From: Candidatus Poribacteria bacterium
GTDB taxonomy: Bacteria; Poribacteria; WGA-4E; WGA-3G
Assembly: GCA_963663765.2 (NCBI GenBank)
Contig: CAXXUA010000004.1
Location: forward strand, 992,001 to 1,056,000
Reading direction: 5' to 3'
Length of the DNA stretch: 64,000 nt
The position numbers and the translations under genes were made by a program. The stretch's first letter is position 1. The number at the start of each line of letters is the position of its first letter. The notes under the pieces are model-generated. The model saw only the letters and a program-made list of their open reading frames with translations, was not told the DNA's origin and searched no databases. Below, in pieces: positions 30,539 to 41,432 of this stretch.

Positions 30539-31516
30539 ATGCTCAAAAACTTCCGATTTGCCCGTTACCGACTCACCTACACCGTCCAAGAACCACTAAA
30601 GATGCCAACATACAAAGGCAGCATCTTCCGCGGACGCTTCGGATACCTGCTCCGCCACATCGCGTGTATCGGAGATGCGGGTGAATGCGAAAAAAAGTGC
30701 CAACACGCAGACCGATGCGTCTACTCCAAGTGCTTTGAAACACCTGTTCCTAAAGATAGTCCCATGTTGCGAGGACAACCCTTTGCACCACATCCCTTCA
30801 TCCTTCAGCCACCCTGCACATCTAAGAAGGAATATGTCCGAGACGATACCTTTACTTGTAATATCACGCTCATCGGAGAGGCGATTGACTTGTTGCCGTG
30901 GATTGTGCTGACTTTTCATGAGATGGGTAGACTGCGCATTGGACTTCAAGGGGCACGTGGACAGTGTCGACTGGACACAGTGGAAAGCCTATCCGCACAT
31001 AGCAATCCTCAACCTCAGACAATCTTCACCGCAGAGACCGAGATGCTAACAGATGATGGTATCATACTCAAACTTGACGATGTGATGCACAACACACCCG
31101 ACATCACAGATAAGATGGAATTAGAGTTTATCACCCTTACCAGCATCAAGGTAGATGGAAAATGGGCGAAGGAGTTGACATTTGAACACCTTATTCGTAA
31201 CCTACTCCGACGTATCCGATTTTTGAGCTATTTTCATTGTGGAGAGGATTTAGACGTGGATGCACACGCATTGATTGATGCTGCACGTGCTATTTCACAC
31301 GAATCCCGTTTCCGTTGGCTCAAGTCAAACCGTTATTCTTATCGTGCGGAGAGTTCTATTCCAATGGATGGGTTTATCGGGAAGGTACGTTATATAGGTG
31401 AATTAGGGCAGTTCTTGCCATTCATTTTTCTTGGTGAGTATATGCACATCGGACACCACACAGCGTTCGGATATGGGCAATATAGACTAATCTCACCTGA
31501 GACACCGATTTCGTAG
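30539..31516 (+). CDS. cas6: Cas6 pre-crRNA processing endoribonuclease
   Basis: 'YKGS.FRG.FG', Cys cluster, 'PHPFI', C-terminal G-loop 'HIGHHTAFGYGQY'. Confidence 0.93.
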   Translation: MLKNFRFARYRLTYTVQEPLKMPTYKGSIFRGRFGYLLRHIACIGDAGECEKKCQHADRCVYSKCFETPVPKDSPMLRGQPFAPHPFILQPPCTSKKEYVRDDTFTCNITLIGEAIDLLPWIVLTFHEMGRLRIGLQGARGQCRLDTVESLSAHSNPQPQTIFTAETEMLTDDGIILKLDDVMHNTPDITDKMELEFITLTSIKVDGKWAKELTFEHLIRNLLRRIRFLSYFHCGEDLDVDAHALIDAARAISHESRFRWLKSNRYSYRAESSIPMDGFIGKVRYIGELGQFLPFIFLGEYMHIGHHTAFGYGQYRLISPETPIS

Positions 31517-31561
31517 GAATATGATAAACTGATAAGAATATAACAGACGGAGGGAAATGCC

Positions 31562-31837
31562 TTGTTTTACATTATCTGTTACGATGTCCCAGACAATAAA
31601 AGGCGGAATCAACTTGCGAAAGCACTAAAGGGATTCGGCACTCGTGTCCAATATAGCGTGTTTGAAGCACAATTAAACCGAAAGCAGTTTAATGAGCTAA
31701 AAAACACAGTTGCTGGTATCATTGATGCTTCAGAAGACTCAATCCGTTACTACGCACTCTGTAATGCTTGCGTGGAACGTATTGAAGTGCCTGCTGTTGG
31801 AGACATAACATCGGAATCGAATACAATTATCGTTTGA
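31562..31837 (+). CDS. cas2: Cas2
   Basis: 'YIICYDV.DNKRR', 'G.RVQYSVFE', 'DSIRYY.LC..C'. Confidence 0.97.
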   Translation: MFYIICYDVPDNKRRNQLAKALKGFGTRVQYSVFEAQLNRKQFNELKNTVAGIIDASEDSIRYYALCNACVERIEVPAVGDITSESNTIIV

Positions 31838-31889
31838 TATGTAATCCGAATATCAGATTTATACATACTTAAAGAACATTCGTAACAAT

Positions 31890-31922
31890 AAAGGCGCGCT
31901 TTTGAAGCGCGCCTTTTTCTTT
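31890..31922. terminator. Hairpin terminator after cas2, possibly bidirectional
   Basis: AAAGGCGCGCTT-TTG-AAGCGCGCCTTT followed by T-rich tail and preceded by an A-rich run. Confidence 0.7.
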
Positions 31923-31976
31923 GCATGACTCGTGGATTAGTGAATATCGGCATTTATAGCTGCACGATTCACCGCA

Positions 31977-32089
31977 CACTAAATTCCCTTCAAACGGGAA
32001 GGACTTTCAGAACTGATTCCTACTTTTATTTCGCGGACCCTCAGAAGCCCAAGTTTCAATTCCCTTCAAACGGGAAGGACTTTCAGAAC
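31977..32089 (-). CRISPR. Inverted mini CRISPR array: 2 repeats, 1 spacer of 39 bp
   Basis: 32053-32089 is the reverse complement of the main repeat with one substitution; 31977-32013 is the same variant with a decayed 3' end; spacer 32014-32052. Confidence 0.9.
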
Positions 32090-32412
32090 TTATAACTTTT
32101 TACTATCCTTTTTTACCTATTTATACCGAATTAACGTGAGTCGTCTTGCTAAGTGTGCGGTTAGGAAACCGCACCTACCGTTGGAAAAAGAAAAATTACG
32201 TTAATTTGGTATTAGACTCTATACAGCTGTCCACTCAATTCTTTATGTTCTTAATAACCCAACACACACTTATGTTCTTCAATAGACACACAAACTCACA
32301 TGTACACAGAAATGGAGGAAACTCATTGTTTAGCCACATTGAAACAACATCTCTAACGAACGAGTTATGTCAACTTAAAAAATATAATTGTTTATACATT
32401 TAGGAGGAACAG

Positions 32413-33405
32413 ATGGCAATACTCTATATCACACAGCAAGGAGCAGTTCTCCATAAATCTGGAAATCGTATCGTCGTTAAAAAAGACCAGGATGTACTGC
32501 AAGAAATACCAATCGTCAAGGTTGACGAAGTTGTCATTTTTGGCAATGGACACATGACGACACAAACAATAGGATTCTTACTTCATAAAAATATACCTGT
32601 TTCATTTCTGTCTTCACAAGGAAAATACAAAGGCAAACTTCAACCGCCTTTTGCTAAAGACACGCTCCTTCGACAGCATCAATATGCAGTTGCACAAGAC
32701 ACACCACAGTGCCTTGAATTAGCAAAATGTTTTGTTCAAGGCAAACTTACCAACGCAATCAGGTTTTCTCTACGACAACGTTCGCAAAATGCTGAAGTGA
32801 AAGCAGCAACAAGCTCAATACGACAAACATTGGAGAAACTTGAGCAAGCCAAGAACCTGGATTCGCTGCTGGGTTACGAAGGAAGTGGCACATCCGCATA
32901 TTATCGGGCATTTAGACAATTCCTCACACGCGATTGGGGGTTTACGACCCGACAATTTCGTCCATCACCAGATCCAATCAACGCCATGCTTTCACTCGGT
33001 TATACGCTCCTACACAATCACGTTTACGCATTCATTAACGTCGTTGGATTTGACCCGTATTGTGGATATTTCCATCAGCCTAAGCATGGACACGCTGCAT
33101 TGGCATCAGATCTGATGGAAGAATTCCGACAAATCATCGTAGATGGATATATTCTGACGCTTGTCAATAACAACAGGATAAAACCGACAGACTTCCAGAA
33201 GACAGAAAAAGGTATTCGCTTTACCAAGAAAGCATTGGATAGTTTCCTCAGTGGATATTATGAGCGAATGCAGCAGACGTTTCAACACCCAAAACAAAAT
33301 GAGAAAACAAGTTATCTTCGTTGTATTGAACTTCAAGTTAGACATTTAGCACGCGTGCTTAGAGGCAAAGAAGCAGTATACAAACCTTTTCTCATTCGTG
33401 CTTAG
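32413..33405 (+). CDS. cas1: Cas1
   Basis: 'LYITQQG..L', 'LLGYEG....Y', 'DPINAMLSLGY.LL', 'DPY.GY.H', 'ALASDLMEEFR..IVD'. Confidence 0.97.
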   Translation: MAILYITQQGAVLHKSGNRIVVKKDQDVLQEIPIVKVDEVVIFGNGHMTTQTIGFLLHKNIPVSFLSSQGKYKGKLQPPFAKDTLLRQHQYAVAQDTPQCLELAKCFVQGKLTNAIRFSLRQRSQNAEVKAATSSIRQTLEKLEQAKNLDSLLGYEGSGTSAYYRAFRQFLTRDWGFTTRQFRPSPDPINAMLSLGYTLLHNHVYAFINVVGFDPYCGYFHQPKHGHAALASDLMEEFRQIIVDGYILTLVNNNRIKPTDFQKTEKGIRFTKKALDSFLSGYYERMQQTFQHPKQNEKTSYLRCIELQVRHLARVLRGKEAVYKPFLIRA

Positions 33406-33769
33406 AAAATATATGCCGTCCCAACAGAAAACAGATGGGAGAAACCTCATCCTTCCATCTGTTTGCTTTCCTTTTTTTTGATTGTAATACGAAAATATTA
33501 CTTGACTATTATTCAGATTTAATGTATATTTTAAGCATAAACCCATACGCGATTTTCAAATCGCGTGTTGATACACTTAATATTTCCCATGAATACTGAT
33601 GGTGACTGAATTCTAAGCCTGTTTGTAGAATATTTCGCGTATGGTTCAGTGTTCATGCGGGTTTAGAGGCAATTTGACGAATTTTGGGTCATGAAAAAAT
33701 GACTAAAATTCGTCGCGTATGGAATCGGGCAATTTAGCCCGCACTGTGACTGGCTTCCGAGGGGGTGCT
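33406..33769 (+). promoter_or_regulatory. CRISPR leader with cas1 terminator hairpin and array promoter
   Basis: Hairpin AAACAGATGG...CCATCTGTTT plus T-tract (about 33428-33479); TTGACT-17-TATATT at 33502-33530; abuts the first repeat. Confidence 0.75.
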
Positions 33770-36700
33770 GTTCGGAAAGTCCTTCCCGTTTGAAGGGAAT
33801 TGAAACTCTAAACCTTGTTGTTACAGAGAACGCAGCCGTATCATGTTCGGAAAGTCCTTCCCGTTTGAAGGGAATTGAAACTTGGATCCATAGTATGGTT
33901 CGCCATCTGCTTTATTTTCGTTCGGAAAGTCCTTCCCGTTTGAAGGGAATTGAAACTTTTTGAATATAATCGCCATTGTGTTTCATACTTAAGTTCGGAA
34001 AGTCCTTCCCGTTTGAAGGGAATTGAAACACTTTTTCATTTTCACCGTCCTTTTTGTTCAGAATGTGCGTTCGGAAAGTCCTTCCCGTTTGAAGGGAATT
34101 GAAACTGCATCAATTAGTCCATTAGTCCAAGCTGCTTCAGTTTCCTTGTTCGGAAAGTCCTTCCCGTTTGAAGGGAATTGAAACCCATCGCCTTATTTTC
34201 TCGCGAGCAGACAATTGTGCTTCAGTTCGGAAAGTCCTTCCCGTTTGAAGGGAATTGAAACTATTCTAACAAGCAAGGACAGTGGATTTTCATTAGTTCG
34301 GAAAGTCCTTCCCGTTTGAAGGGAATTGAAACTTAATGAGTTGAAAGAAGGCAATGCGGAACTCATAGTTCGGAAAGTCCTTCCCGTTTGAAGGGAATTG
34401 AAACTTAGAATTAAGAATTGTATTTGTATGAGAATACGTTCGGAAAGTCCTTCCCGTTTGAAGGGAATTGAAACGATACCAAAATACTGAAGTAATTTAG
34501 TAATGCGATTGAGTTCGGAAAGTCCTTCCCGTTTGAAGGGAATTGAAACAGAAATTCCCGAGTAATCACAATAATTTTCTATCACTGTTCGGAAAGTCCT
34601 TCCCGTTTGAAGGGAATTGAAACTTTAATAACCTTATCCATACGATTTATTTCGACAGACTGAGTTCGGAAAGTCCTTCCCGTTTGAAGGGAATTGAAAC
34701 TATATTGCACATATCAGGCAAGTCTCTCTCGTCAGTTCGGAAAGTCCTTCCCGTTTGAAGGGAATTGAAACTTTGTAATACTTCTTCTTTGTATTCTTTA
34801 AAAGCAGTTCGGAAAGTCCTTCCCGTTTGAAGGGAATTGAAACTGCCATTTCTTTCATGAATGATTTGCGTTTTTCAGTTCGGAAAGTCCTTCCCGTTTG
34901 AAGGGAATTGAAACTCAGTATTTAAGTCTATAGTCAAGCCGTGTTCATTAAGTTCGGAAAGTCCTTCCCGTTTGAAGGGAATTGAAACAGTATCTAATTT
35001 CTCATCGAGTATTTCAGTAAGTATTAGGAGTTCGGAAAGTCCTTCCCGTTTGAAGGGAATTGAAACTTATATTCTATAACCCATGTTGTCCGTGTTCGTT
35101 CGGAAAGTCCTTCCCGTTTGAAGGGAATTGAAACTTCCAGTATACCTGCCCATGAATGGTATATCCAAAGTTCGGAAAGTCCTTCCCGTTTGAAGGGAAT
35201 TGAAACCTATTTGAATGTTCCACATCATTGAGTGTAAAGGATTGTGTTCGGAAAGTCCTTCCCGTTTGAAGGGAATTGAAACTGACCCAACATTCGTGGC
35301 TTTTGTCTTAAACCTAAGTTCGGAAAGTCCTTCCCGTTTGAAGGGAATTGAAACTTATCTAAAATGGCATCCTTGAACTTGCTGCGGTTTGTTCGGAAAG
35401 TCCTTCCCGTTTGAAGGGAATTGAAACTTAAATTCAACATCGTCAGGAATTTCAAATGACAAATCAAGTTCGGAAAGTCCTTCCCGTTTGAAGGGAATTG
35501 AAACAAATTGAGGTCGCGGGTTTCTCGGAATTGTTTTGTTCGGAAAGTCCTTCCCGTTTGAAGGGAATTGAAACTTTCACAGCAAGTCTTTGTGCAACTG
35601 ATGCAATTCTTTGGTTCGGAAAGTCCTTCCCGTTTGAAGGGAATTGAAACACAAACGTCCATTCCTACGCAAGAAACGTGAGTTCGGAAAGTCCTTCCCG
35701 TTTGAAGGGAATTGAAACCTAAATCTGTAATCGCATTAATTCTGTCATGCGTTTTGTTCGGAAAGTCCTTCCCGTTTGAAGGGAATTGAAACGACACTTG
35801 AATGCACACTAGCTATAACGGATGACGAGTTCGGAAAGTCCTTCCCGTTTGAAGGGAATTGAAACGAGGGAATTTTACCCATGATATACAGAAATCTTGA
35901 AATGTTCGGAAAGTCCTTCCCGTTTGAAGGGAATTGAAACTTACCGGAATTAATAACTAATCTGTTATTTGATTGTAGTTCGGAAAGTCCTTCCCGTTTG
36001 AAGGGAATTGAAACCGCCACTGACAGCTGGTAGACGGCCTTGAGAAGCTTCGCCGTTCGGAAAGTCCTTCCCGTTTGAAGGGAATTGAAACTAAAAGTTT
36101 TTTTCATCTGGTACCTCTGTTGTTTAGTTCGGAAAGTCCTTCCCGTTTGAAGGGAATTGAAACTTTAGAATTTCGCGTGGATGGAATACTGACGCGTTTA
36201 GTTCGGAAAGTCCTTCCCGTTTGAAGGGAATTGAAACATTATAAAGAAACCTTAGCGGCTGCTGTAGCGGTTTATTGTTCGGAAAGTCCTTCCCGTTTGA
36301 AGGGAATTGAAACCCATGTCAATAGGCATCTTATACTTGCCACTTTCCCAAAGTTCGGAAAGTCCTTCCCGTTTGAAGGGAATTGAAACCCAGCTAACTC
36401 TCCAACTTTATCCAAAACACGGGATAGTTCGGAAAGTCCTTCCCGTTTGAAGGGAATTGAAACTTTGCTTGCGATGTTACTGTTGTCATGTATCTCGGTT
36501 CGGAAAGTCCTTCCCGTTTGAAGGGAATTGAAACTTTGCCGTTCAGCCCTGCAGTCTCAAACGCATTTTTGGTTCGGAAAGTCCTTCCCGTTTGAAGGGA
36601 ATTGAAACTGCGCGTTCAATATTGATTTGATTCATGCGCTCTTGGTTTGCGTTCGGAAAGTCCTTCCCGTTTGAAGGGAATTGAAACAAGCAATTCGTCA

Positions 36701-37863
36701 TCGATGGTGTGTCCACCCGCGGCAGTTCGGAAAGTCCTTCCCGTTTGAAGGGAATTGAAACATGGACTTCGCACAACATTGAATCAAACCAATCGCAGTT
36801 CGGAAAGTCCTTCCCGTTTGAAGGGAATTGAAACCTTCTTCAGATACATTATCAATAGTAAAAACTTCTGAGTTCGGAAAGTCCTTCCCGTTTGAAGGGA
36901 ATTGAAACTTAAATACGTACGTGTACGGATTCACGATTTAAGTTCGGAAAGTCCTTCCCGTTTGAAGGGAATTGAAACGTCATGTTTCTCAATTCGTTCA
37001 TCGTGCTTTCTCCTTAGTTCGGAAAGTCCTTCCCGTTTGAAGGGAATTGAAACTGAAGCAGCCCAAGTCGTCGGTCAATTTACTCAGGCCAGTTCGGAAA
37101 GTCCTTCCCGTTTGAAGGGAATTGAAACTTGATTCCTTGTGATCCGTCTGTGATATTTGTGACAAGTTCGGAAAGTCCTTCCCGTTTGAAGGGAATTGAA
37201 ACTGTTGCTTTATTACAATGTGGTGGCACGGCAATAAGTTCGGAAAGTCCTTCCCGTTTGAAGGGAATTGAAACAGAATGGCACTGCGGCAGACGATTTG
37301 CCTGATAAAAAGTTCGGAAAGTCCTTCCCGTTTGAAGGGAATTGAAACTTGAACGTTAATGGCTGTGTCTGTAGTAAGTTTCGTTCGGAAAGTCCTTCCC
37401 GTTTGAAGGGAATTGAAACTTACACAGCGTGACGTGCAAAAGTTCTATGACTCTTTCCGTTCGGAAAGTCCTTCCCGTTTGAAGGGAATTGAAACTATGA
37501 ACCGCGTGGCAAAGCATCACAAGAAATAAAGTTCGGAAAGTCCTTCCCGTTTGAAGGGAATTGAAACCTACGCTTTTTTAGATTTTTTGCTATTTTTTTC
37601 CAAGTTCGGAAAGTCCTTCCCGTTTGAAGGGAATTGAAACTTGAAGAATATGAACAACTGATATTGAATGAACCGCAGTTCGGAAAGTCCTTCCCGTTTG
37701 AAGGGAATTGAAACTTAGAGGTCGGCGTAAGTTGTGCAATTCGTTCGCGCAACGTTCGGAAAGTCCTTCCCGTTTGAAGGGAATTGAAACAGTCCAACTG
37801 CGGTTCATCGGATCAACGATGATCTTGTTCGGAAAGTCCCTCCCGCTTGAAGGGAATTGAAAC
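33770..37863 (+). CRISPR. CRISPR array, 56 repeats of 37 bp (GTTCGGAAAGTCCTTCCCGTTTGAAGGGAATTGAAAC), 55 spacers of about 31-42 bp
   Basis: Repeats counted by eye; ATTGAAAC 3' handle; last repeat (37827-37863) has two substitutions, which orients the array on +. Confidence 0.99.
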
Positions 37864-37969
37864 TTTGCCTTCCGACACCTATGCCACCATGAACAAATAA
37901 CAATCCGTATAGAATCACTCCCATTGATTTTCCCTTTTTTGTGCTATAATATGTTTTGATAACTCCCTA

Positions 37970-37998
37970 TTGACATTGTTTATTTTTCCAAGTACAAT
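37970..37998 (+). promoter_or_regulatory. Putative sigma-70 promoter
   Basis: TTGACA-17 bp-TACAAT upstream of ATG 38080. Confidence 0.6.
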
Positions 37999-38079
37999 AG
38001 CGTCATATTCCGTTTTATATGACGCTATTTCGTCTCATTGAAAGCAAACACAAAAAATAAACTGATCGGAGGATCAATA

Positions 38080-38790
38080 ATGAACTTCAAACAAAAGTTA
38101 GGATATATGTTTATCGGGTGTCTATTTACAATCGCAGGATACATCCTCGCATCACTGGGTGGAGATACGACACACGCACAACAAAAAGAACAGGTGATTG
38201 ATAAAATCGTTTGTAGAGAGTTGGAAGTTGTTAACGAAAAGGGAAAGGCCGTTGCCAGTATCGCTTCAAGTGTTAACGGTGGGATTATGACAGTCCAGAA
38301 CACTGCAGGAAAGATCGTTGCTGGCATCGCTGTAACTGAACATGACAGTGGGATTATGTCAGTCCAAAACACCGCAGGAAAGGTAGTTGCCTTTATTAGT
38401 GCAACGGATAAAGGTGGGGGTATGTCAATCCAAAACACCGCAGGAGAGGTAGTTGCCTATATTAGTGCAACGGATAAAGGTGGGGATATGTCAATCCAAA
38501 ACACCGCAGGAAAGAATGTTGTTTCTCTCAGGGCAACGGATAAAGGTGGGGGTATGTTAATCCAAAACACCGCAGGAAAGAATGTTGCTGGCATCGGTAC
38601 AACTAAATATGGTGGGATTATGACAGTCCATAACACCGCAGGAAAGATCGCTGTTGGCATCGCTGTAGATGTATATGGTGGGATTATGACAGTCCACAAT
38701 ACCACAGAAAAGGCAGTTGTCAATATCGGTACAACTAAAGATAGCGAAGGTTTTATACGAACCTACAAAGACGGGTGGCGCACTCACTAA
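38080..38790 (+). CDS. Exported/membrane-anchored protein with about 7 tandem 23-24 aa beta-repeats, function unknown
   Basis: Signal-like N-terminus 'MNFKQKLGYMFIGCLFTIAGYILA'; repeats 'GG.M.(V/I)QNTAGK.V..I..T'; GGAGG RBS. Confidence 0.75.
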   Translation: MNFKQKLGYMFIGCLFTIAGYILASLGGDTTHAQQKEQVIDKIVCRELEVVNEKGKAVASIASSVNGGIMTVQNTAGKIVAGIAVTEHDSGIMSVQNTAGKVVAFISATDKGGGMSIQNTAGEVVAYISATDKGGDMSIQNTAGKNVVSLRATDKGGGMLIQNTAGKNVAGIGTTKYGGIMTVHNTAGKIAVGIAVDVYGGIMTVHNTTEKAVVNIGTTKDSEGFIRTYKDGWRTH

Positions 38791-39037
38791 ACTAAAAAAT
38801 GATCACCCAAGAATATCAGCATACATAGTCAAACATTATGATGATATTAAAACACAAAAAAAAGCCGCCAACGCATGGCAGCTTTGAATTCTGTTTACAC
38901 AACTATATTTTAGATACAGATATTTGATTACGGAAAGGTATTATGGGAAGATAAAGAGAGATGCATTCTGTAGAAGCACGGGCAAAATAGTGAGAGCCGA
39001 AAATCCACTATAAATTGTAGTAGATTTTACAATTACC

Positions 39038-39310
39038 TTGACAGGTTGTTTGCAGGAGGGAACTCCGATTCCCGACTTGACAGGTTGTTTGTAGGACGGA
39101 ACTCCGATTCCCGACTTGACAGGTTGTTTGTAGGACGGAACTCCGATTCCCGACTTGACAGGTTGTTTGTAGGAGGGAACTCCGATTCCCAACTTGACAG
39201 GTTGTTTGTAGGAGGGAACTCCGATTCCCGACTTGACAGGTTGTTTGTAGGAGGGAACTCCGATTCCCAACTATCAAGGCGTTCAGTCGCGATTCGGAGA
39301 TCGCTCCTAC
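39038..39310. repeat. Six tandem 39-bp units containing REP GTAGGAGGGAACTCCGATTCCCGAC plus an inverted partner
   Basis: Direct inspection; linkers between REPs are identical. Confidence 0.9.
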
Positions 39311-39359
39311 AGAAGAAGTGTAAACTTAATTGTATATTTCACTATAAAAGAAGTATCTA

Positions 39360-39658
39360 AAGTTTCTATCAAAGTTTGCTTGATGTTAGGGAACTAGGGA
39401 CATCGTAGGTACGAGGTTTCCTCGCCCGCGTAAAACTTCTGGTTCGGGCGTGGAGACCCCGCCCCATAGGCGTCAATTTAAGAAAATATTGTTGTCATTT
39501 TTCTTGTGGGAGGGTTTTTCAACCTTGATTTGAGAGGAAAAGCGCATAAATTCGGGGTTGAAAACCCCTCCCACAAGAGGTCAAAATCCTTAAATTGACG
39601 CTTATGGGGCGTGGAGACCCCGCCCCTACGTCCAGTAACCAACACTTTACACACCCCT
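39360..39658. mobile_element. Composite MITE/REP element, inverted homolog of 51245-51670
   Basis: ACTTTACACACCC end; inner CATAGGCGTCAATTTA...TAAATTGACGCTTATG shell; GGGGCGTGGAGACCCCGCCCC and GTGGGAGGGGTTTTCAACCCC-type palindromes. Confidence 0.7.
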
Positions 39659-39721
39659 TGACATTGATACCTGATTCTAATATACTTATCAAGATACTAA
39701 ATTACGACTGTTGAGTGTACT

Positions 39722-40564
39722 ATGATTGAAAAAGGGTTTTCTGGTCGTACAGTACAGAAATCTCGTATCTGTTTTATTGTTGTTTGCTTAATGTTTTTGT
39801 CATCACAGGTATTCTGTCAAGTTGAATATCCGTTTGAAAAAGCACGACCGCTATATGTTGGGGCGCGGGCATTAGGTGTGGGAAACGCTGTTACCGCTGT
39901 AGCTGATGATGCTACCGCTGGTTTTTGGAATCCTGCTGGGTTAATTCAGTGGCAAGGTGTTAAACTTTTTGGCATGATGAAGTTCCATGATAGAGACCAC
40001 TACCGGTTTGACCCAAAGGGAATCGGTTTTAGTTGGCGTGGGTATAGTCTATTCTGGGGGAACAAGATAGCTCTTGATGTTCCGAGTGGTATTTCAGATT
40101 TCAATTATTATGGTATTGCGCGTCAGCTTGGTTCGTATTTTTCTACTGGAATAAGTCTCAAATTCAAACGTCAGCATCCCGCTGATTATTATCAGTTTTT
40201 TGGTTATCACACATCCTATGACATCGGTTTGCTGTTTAAACCGCATACAAGACTCAAAGTTGGGTGTTTGTTACAGAACCTTGAGGATGTAGGTATTCAG
40301 TGGATAACGGTTGGTTCTGCTTACAGTTATTCATCCTATCAGTTTTCTGCGGACTTAGCTTACTCAACTGAGGGTGCAACCCCTGAGTTTTACTTTGGAG
40401 CAGAATGGTTTCCGACATCGTTTTTTTCAATGCGTATTGGCAATTCCAACGGTGCATTTACAGGTGGTGTAGGTCTACGGTTAATAGATGTATATGTTCA
40501 TTATGCGCGTATTTTTGAAGAACCATTCGCTTCGGATTTTATCTCTGTGGAATTGTGGTTTTGA
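39722..40564 (+). CDS. Outer-membrane beta-barrel protein, PorV/PorQ/FadL-like
   Basis: Signal peptide, 'VGARALG.GNA.TAVADDATA.FWNPAGL', alternating beta-strands, C-terminal Phe. Confidence 0.75.
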   Translation: MIEKGFSGRTVQKSRICFIVVCLMFLSSQVFCQVEYPFEKARPLYVGARALGVGNAVTAVADDATAGFWNPAGLIQWQGVKLFGMMKFHDRDHYRFDPKGIGFSWRGYSLFWGNKIALDVPSGISDFNYYGIARQLGSYFSTGISLKFKRQHPADYYQFFGYHTSYDIGLLFKPHTRLKVGCLLQNLEDVGIQWITVGSAYSYSSYQFSADLAYSTEGATPEFYFGAEWFPTSFFSMRIGNSNGAFTGGVGLRLIDVYVHYARIFEEPFASDFISVELWF

Positions 40565-40722
40565 AGTTGTTTTGTGTAATATTGGAGTAGCTATTAGAAC
40601 CGATATTGTGACAAAAACATTAACGATATGAATGCCTTACAGCATACCTCGGGGCGCTCTTACCGAAGGGAGTACCTCCAAACATTTTTGACAGTGGAAT
40701 TCCTTATTGTGTCAGGATTATT

Positions 40723-41431
40723 ATACCAATTCTAATCAATTCTGTCTCATACCATTTCCATGTGATAATGTCTCATTAGCAGCGGAAATCTGGTAGGAGC
40801 GCCCTCACGGTCGCGACCGGGAGGTCGCTCCTACCGAAGAGAGTAACCTCTTGCCAGTAAACAGTAGAATTCCTTAATGAGACGAGATTTATTTGAATTG
40901 GTATCTTTAAGGAATTTTATTGTAATTGCTGGTTTGATGACTTCACTTCGGAAGGAGCGCCCTCACGGTCGCGACCGGGAGGTCGCTCCTACCGAAGAGA
41001 GTAACCTCTTGCCAGTAAACAGTAGAATTCCTTAATGAGACGAGATTTATTTGAATTGGTATCATTAAGGAATTTCATTGTAATTGCTGGTTTGATGACT
41101 TCACTTCGGAAGGAGCGCCCTCACGGTCGCGACCGGGAGGTCGCTCCTACCGAAGAGAGTAACCTCTTGCCAGTAAACAGTAGAATTCCTTAATGAGACG
41201 AGATTTATTTGAATTGGTATCATTAAGGAATTTCATTGTAATTGCTGGTTTGATGACTTCACTTCGGTAGGAGCGACCTCCCGGTCGCGACCAGCAAATC
41301 AAGAAATCAACGGTATGAATGCCTTTTGGCATTCCCCGGGTATGAATGCCTTTTGGCATTCCCCGGGTCGCTCCTACATGATCTCTGCAGCTAATGAGAC
41401 ATTATACAATAGAAATGGTATTAGAATTGGT
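40723..41431. repeat. Nested MITE shells containing tandem ~159-bp family A REP units
   Basis: Outer ACCAATTCTAAT...ATTAGAATTGGT and inner ATACCATTTC...GAAATGGTAT inverted ends; three near-identical internal units. Confidence 0.75.
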
Positions 41432-41432
41432 T

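Noticed and set aside
32014-32052. Mini-array spacer resembling the cas promoter region (21286-21301) and the leader end (GGCTTC.GAGGG near 33752-33763)
   Set aside because: Only 9-12 nt of similarity, the first needing gaps in AT-rich DNA; not distinguishable from chance by eye
32309-32403. ATTGAAAC handle and a 25-codon GGAGG-led sORF just before cas1 (solo repeat, CreT-like toxin or RT remnant)
   Set aside because: The rest of the 37-mer does not match the repeat, and the peptide shows no recognisable RT or toxin motif
34193-37808. ORFs predicted on the minus strand across the CRISPR array
   Set aside because: They are translations of the 37-bp repeat (FQFPSNGKDFPN, VSIPFKREGLSE), not genes
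38941-39360. Repetitive ORFs or a possible second CRISPR at 39 kb (likewise 45.5-46.0 and 56.1-56.7 kb)
   Set aside because: Tandem REP units with identical or near-identical linkers; no unique spacers and no RBS-supported gene
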